From assembly GCF_030144855.1 (NCBI RefSeq), contig NC_082706.1, positions 13,020,001 through 13,084,000 of the forward strand: DNA of 64,000 nt, in the 5' to 3' direction. Both the position numbers and the translations under genes were made by a program. The notes beneath the pieces are model-generated. The model worked only from the letters and a program-made list of their open reading frames with translations, was not told the origin of the DNA and did no database searches. Of the stretch, positions 58,778 to 64,000 are shown one piece after another; position 1 is the stretch's first letter, and each line of letters begins with the position of its first letter. The DNA comes from Hypanus sabinus (taxonomy: Eukaryota).

Positions 58778-61595
58778 GTAAGCCATTTTGATATCTGCTT
58801 TGGAATTTAATGGTGTGTATTGTAAATAAGATTATAACCTATTGTAGAACCTAAAATACTACAAGTACTCAATAGATCATACATTCTGTGGAGAGCGCAG
58901 TCTCTTTTTTAATTGGGTTTCTTTGTTTTGTGGTCTCCTGAAAGGGGACTGTAGCAGTTTCTTGAAAACAAACCAAAACCACTGAGGGGCAAAGCTGGGG
59001 TACTTGACAAATCAAAGAAGCTGCATTCAATCATTTATTACGAAACCAGTAAATATGAATGATCTTGAAGCAATAAAAAGACTAATGAAACTAAATGAGC
59101 AATATTACAGTCTGACTTGCAGTGTTAGCATTTGAATAGCATATCTAAATGTTCTGATAGCATTCCAATGATTTCCCCATTAGCAGTCCACAAAAAAAAT
59201 CATTCTCTGGCTAAATCACTGTCCACTAGACTAAGCTAAACACTAATAAAATGAGAATATATAACTATCTTAATTGCTTCTACCACACCTCAACCCATGT
59301 GACAGATCACCTGTATAATGCACCACAAACTACAATAGACAGAAAATGATACATATGACCATATAACATATAACCATATAACAATCACAGCACGGAAACA
59401 GGCCATCTCGGCCCTCCTAGTCCGTGCCGAACTCTTAATCTCACCTAGTCCCACCTACCCGCACTCAGCCCATAACCCTCCACTCCTTTCCTGTCCATAT
59501 ACCTATCCAATTTTACCTTAAATGACACAACTGAACTGGCCTCTACTACTTCTACAGGAAGCTCATTCCACACAGATACATGGCTCCTACAGAGATGAAT
59601 CTCGTGTATAGTATACATTGATAATAAATAAACTTTCAACTTTGAATTAACTAATAGTTTGGATTAGTGAATTGGGAAATAGTGTTAAAATAATTACTAA
59701 TACCAAGATGCAGAGAAAGTGGAGAGAGGAAGAGGATTGGAAGGCAACCGACATTGAACGACAGGGAGTGATATAGGAATTGGGAATAATGCATGGGTGG
59801 AATAATTGCATTAATTATTATACACGTGCTGTAATTGGAATAGGTAGAAGAGGTCAAGGCGTGAAGAGGAAGAAATCTTAACAGGATCTTAGTGGTGGTG
59901 GGGGCAGGTTTGGCAGGTTTTTAAAAACTCTTGGATAGGTGTGTGAATATGCAGAGAGGAGCATTTATGGACCATGTGAAGGCATGAAGGGATTGGGTGG
60001 CATTATTATTAGTTCAGAACAGTAGTAGCGTTCATCTGATTTGTGTTGCAGCAGATCGAAACACAAGTTCAAAGTACACTTATTAAAGTATGTATACATT
60101 GTACAACTCTGAGATTAACCTCTTACGGGTAGTTGCTAAACAAAGAAACCCATGAAAACCCTTTTTTTTTAAAAAAAAGCCATCTTAAACATTTAATATG
60201 GAGAGAGAAGAAAACCAAATCATGCAAACATTAAAAGTAAGCATATGGCATTCATGACAAAAGTGAGTCCTTAGACGTGAAGACTGGATCAGGCCTCAGC
60301 TCAGCGCAAAGCCAATTAAGTGCTGCAGAGCCCTCAGATACAGCCCAAGACAGCCAGAGCAGGCCACAGCCTCAGCTCTTCACTGAGCGGAGTGAGCTCC
60401 ATGGAGCTCGGAGCAGGCCACAGCATCAGCCTCGGTTCCGTGCTGAGCTGAGTAAACGTTATGGAACAGTGAGCAGAACTCCTACCCCCAGCACCCTTCG
60501 TGTTCTACTCGTCTGGTCAAGCGTTTAAATTGTCTAAACTTCAGGTCATTCCTTGCACTAGGATCCAGGCCCTGTGCGTCAGTATGCTCTGGGCTTGGCC
60601 CCCAGCTGCCACATTGCAGCAACCTTGTGAATCAGCAGACTTCAAGAATTTTAGTTAAATCAGCATTAACATACTTTTGTTTCTAGCATTTGTATTTTCT
60701 TCGAAAGTAATTTACAGAGTAATTTCATCTCCCATTCTCACCATTGAGCCCAGCAAAAGAATGTGAGGTGCTGATTCCAGGACCTCTGGTGTGTGTTTAT
60801 AGATCCTATGCCAGCTGCAAGCTTATTTGAATGTAAAATGTGCAGCAATGAAGAGGAAATGTTAGCATATATTTTAAAAAAAACTATTGAGTGATTTAGT
60901 TCTTTTTATTGCTCAGTACTAAGACAGAAGCAAGGCTTTGCAGTCTCAAGGTTTCCTTGCTGATTCTGTGGGTATGTCTTCCTCTAGCCCATCCATGTGC
61001 ATCCCTGTAGGACCTGACAGAATGGGAATAGGATAATCACGAACAACAGCTTTGTCATTGCACATTTAGTAAGACAAATGCAAATTTCAGTAAAATGTAA
61101 CCCAGTACCTGCTTCTGTCTGCATTGATGCCAACTGACATGCTGGGTATTTTCAACTTTCTAATTACTTAAGCCCATTACCCCTAATGGGGGATAGGCTG
61201 CGACAGCAACCCGCCAGAGTACTCCACCTTAGGCCAGTCCTTCAAGATGTCTCCGGGTCTAGCCCATCCTCAAGGATCCTTCCTCTCCCAGGGATGAGGT
61301 CTTCAGAGCTTCCTTGAGCGTTTGTGTAGCTCTTGGATTTTATGGGATGGGGTTGCTAGCTCCATACCCAACCCTCCTCCTTTCACAGCTGGGCTTGGGA
61401 CTGTCCATGACAGAGTTAGCTTTTTAGTACCTGCCATGTTTCGCTCTAGATTTTAGCTGTTTAAAAGGTTGTTCTTGAGTTCTGATGTCTCCTGAAATTG
61501 AAAATTTGCTTTTTTTAAAAATGATTTCAAAAAATGAGTCTAAAGGCTGTAAACTTTTTGATGGATTTTTGACTTGCTTTGTTTATTAATTTCAG

Positions 61596-61759
61596 GTGTA
61601 CCCTTTCCTAAAAACTTCATGTCTGTGGCCAAGACCATTCTGAAACGGCTGTTCAGGGTCTATGCTCACATTTACCACCAGCATTTTGACTCTGTGATGC
61701 AGCTGCAGGAAGAGGCTCACCTCAACACCTCCTTCAAGCACTTCATCTTTTTTGTTCAG
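61596..61759 (+). CDS. MOB1A: MOB1A coding exon 5 (exon 6 lies beyond the window)
   Basis: 164 nt, CAG/GTAAGA; GVPFPKNFMSVAKTILKRLFRVYAHIYHQHFDSVMQLQEEAHLNTSFKHFIFFVQ. DSVMQ is MOB1A-type. Confidence 0.97.
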
Positions 61760-64000
61760 GTAAGATATTCTCTGTTGCTTGCTTAAACTACTTAAAGTTT
61801 TGCAATTTATTAATCTTTTTAATAGATTAATCTTTTTAATCTTTATTAATCTTTTTAGGCTTGGAGCCTAACTTCATCAGTGACACAAAAATATATTTTT
61901 GATTGAAGAACAATGTATGATTTCATTGTCCCATACTTATAGACACCTGGAATCTTTAGTCATAGTCATGGAGCATTTCAGCACAAATGTCTTTGGCCAT
62001 CTGGTATGTGCGGAACTATTATTCTGCCTAGTCCCATTGTCCCATGGTATGAATCCCATTGGCCATCCATACCTCCTCCAATGTTGAAATCAAGCCTGCA
62101 TCCACCTCTTCCGCTGACAGCTCATTTCAAAGTTCAAAGTAAATTTATTATCAAATCAGGTATATGTCACCATATACTACCATGAGATTAATTTTCTTGC
62201 AGACATTTGCAGGAAAATGAACTACAATCAATTTATGAAAAACTATACATAGAAAATACTGACAAACATCCAGAGTGCAAAAATGAGCCAATTGTGCAAA
62301 GATATATATTTTTTAAAGTTGTTGAGTCCTTGAAAATGAGTCCATAAGTTGTGGAATCAGTTCAGAGTTGGGTGAAGTTGTGTATGCTGGTTCAGGAGCC
62401 TGATGTTGCAGAACTTTCTTGAACCTGGTTCAAGAAAACTGGGTATTCCTTTCCCTCTTATGTTTATCGGAAATTTGTCAGTCTCCTTCTTTGAGTTTTT
62501 ATACAATTTTTTTTTGAAGGGAAGTGTTGTTGGCAACACTCCCAAGACACCACATGTTATTCAAAGTTAATGATGTTCATTATGTTGAGTATCATTTTAG
62601 TTTCCAAATATCTGGCATAATGTACAATTGCCATCTTGCTTGAGAAATGAGAAGTGGCATTTCCATTTTAGTGAATCCAAGAAAGGTCACAGAATTAAAG
62701 TAAAGCTGAAAAATTTTAATCACCCTAACAGGTTTCTGTCCCCTTGAGGAGGTGTATCGTACTTTTACATTAAATTAACTGAGTTAAAGGAGCACTTAGA
62801 ATTAATTAGTGGCTACGTCCTTTAAAAGCAAGACATTTATTTTGCAGTGTACAGCAGAACATAGCCAAAATTTCCAGATCTTAATTCACTTGCTGTTCAT
62901 CTATCAATACTTTGGTCGTCTTAAAGGTGCATGCAATACTTCGGTAACACAGGAATGTGGTTTAGATGGTCGGGTTCCTGCTGCTGAACACCCTGTTGTT
63001 TGAGGCCTCTGTCAGTCAGGATCAATCACGGATAGGTATCGAGATGCACAAGCCTGGGCAGTGTGGCATGGAGAACAAGCTCCCCCTCTGATAAACCCAA
63101 AGGAACAGCAGAGACCAATACAGTTTAGAACCACCAGCATCACAGGAGTCGCCAGTCAGCGTTGAATTCAACGTAAACCTGCCTTAGGGACTTAAGCTCT
63201 GGATTTTTCCCTTGAGATTTACTCCTGAAGCATTCCCCGTGAGTGGGCTCAGCTGCACGGCAGCAGAGGTTTGAGATCAGAGTTTTTATTCTCTTAGGTG
63301 AGCTGACAAGCCCCATCTGCCCAAAATAACTGGTTTTAAGGTGCCAGTAACCAGCCAATGCCCATTCTCCTGTTAGTAGAAATGTTTCTGCCAGGCTTGG
63401 TAGCTAAGCCACATGTGAAGGCCAGGAGTTGGACTTGGTTGTTGGAGGCTATTTGAGGTGCACACTATTGGGAGTATTTGATGGTAGTGGGAGCTTGTCC
63501 CCATTACCTGCCCCCAGCTATAACAACCTTAAGGAACCACAAAACCCTGTGCTTGAACATAATAAGGGAGCACCATGGAAGTTCTGTTTTAATTGGGGTG
63601 GACCGGTAAAATTGCAGTTAGCATAATGCTATAGCAGTGCCAGCATCCCAGGTTCAATTCCCGCTGCTATCTGTAAGGAGTTTGTATGTTCTCCCTGTTT
63701 CCTCTGGGTGTTCTGGTTTCTTCCCACATTACAAAGACATGCAGGTTAGTAGAGTAGAGCTACCAGGACTTGATGTTTCAATCCCAATGATAAAGTCGGC
63801 ACTCTCAATGTTGGCAGTGGCTTGGAGTGGTGACGAGGAGGGTAGCTACGTCATCGGGGACATCAGGTGGGCACCCTCCTTTGACGTCTCGTTGATAAGC
63901 CCATGAGGTCTCCAGAGGGCTCAACGGTGCTACCTAGCTTCCCAGATACACACCCCCCCACCCAGTTCCGTACCCTCCTGACTTCATCTTGCAACCCAGT

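Noticed and set aside
33106-61759. MOB1B assignment
   Set aside because: LRQAV, EWIAV, ITEFC, AGPR and DSVMQ match MOB1A rather than MOB1B (LRMAV, EWVAV, ITDFC, AGPK, DPVIQ).

Overview
Eukaryotic (vertebrate) genomic DNA. The repeat content (CR1/HER1-type LINEs, V-SINE/HE1-like SINEs, Rex/Babar, Penelope-like elements) points to a cartilaginous fish, probably a ray (inference). Three spliced genes can be reconstructed by hand. (1) A first coding exon on the minus strand (3091-3009) encodes a mitochondrial presequence and is most likely MTHFD2; the gene continues left of the window. (2) A complete hnRNP H/F-family gene on the minus strand has 11 coding exons (30554-13813, about 450-459 aa). 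Its residues are HNRNPH3-type, but it keeps the N-terminal qRRM1 that mammalian HNRNPH3 lacks. (3) MOB1A on the plus strand has coding exons 1-5 (33106-61759); its last exon lies beyond the window. It is head-to-head with the hnRNP gene across a shared promoter under 1 kb. The main hypothesis is that the hnRNP gene, sitting between MTHFD2 and MOB1A (direct neighbours in human), is a whole-genome-duplication sister of HNRNPH3 lost in mammals. It carries the G-run-flanked 139-nt autoregulatory exon plus candidate poison exons, one with its 5' splice site in a hairpin. The rest is nested transposable elements: an IR-DR Tc1, hAT elements and MITEs, solo LTRs, a mariner fold-back MITE, a HERO-like fragment, and many Penelope-derived repeats with decayed minimal hammerhead ribozymes. 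Most ORFs in the supplied track are spurious or TE remnants. Homology statements are from memory, not from database searches.
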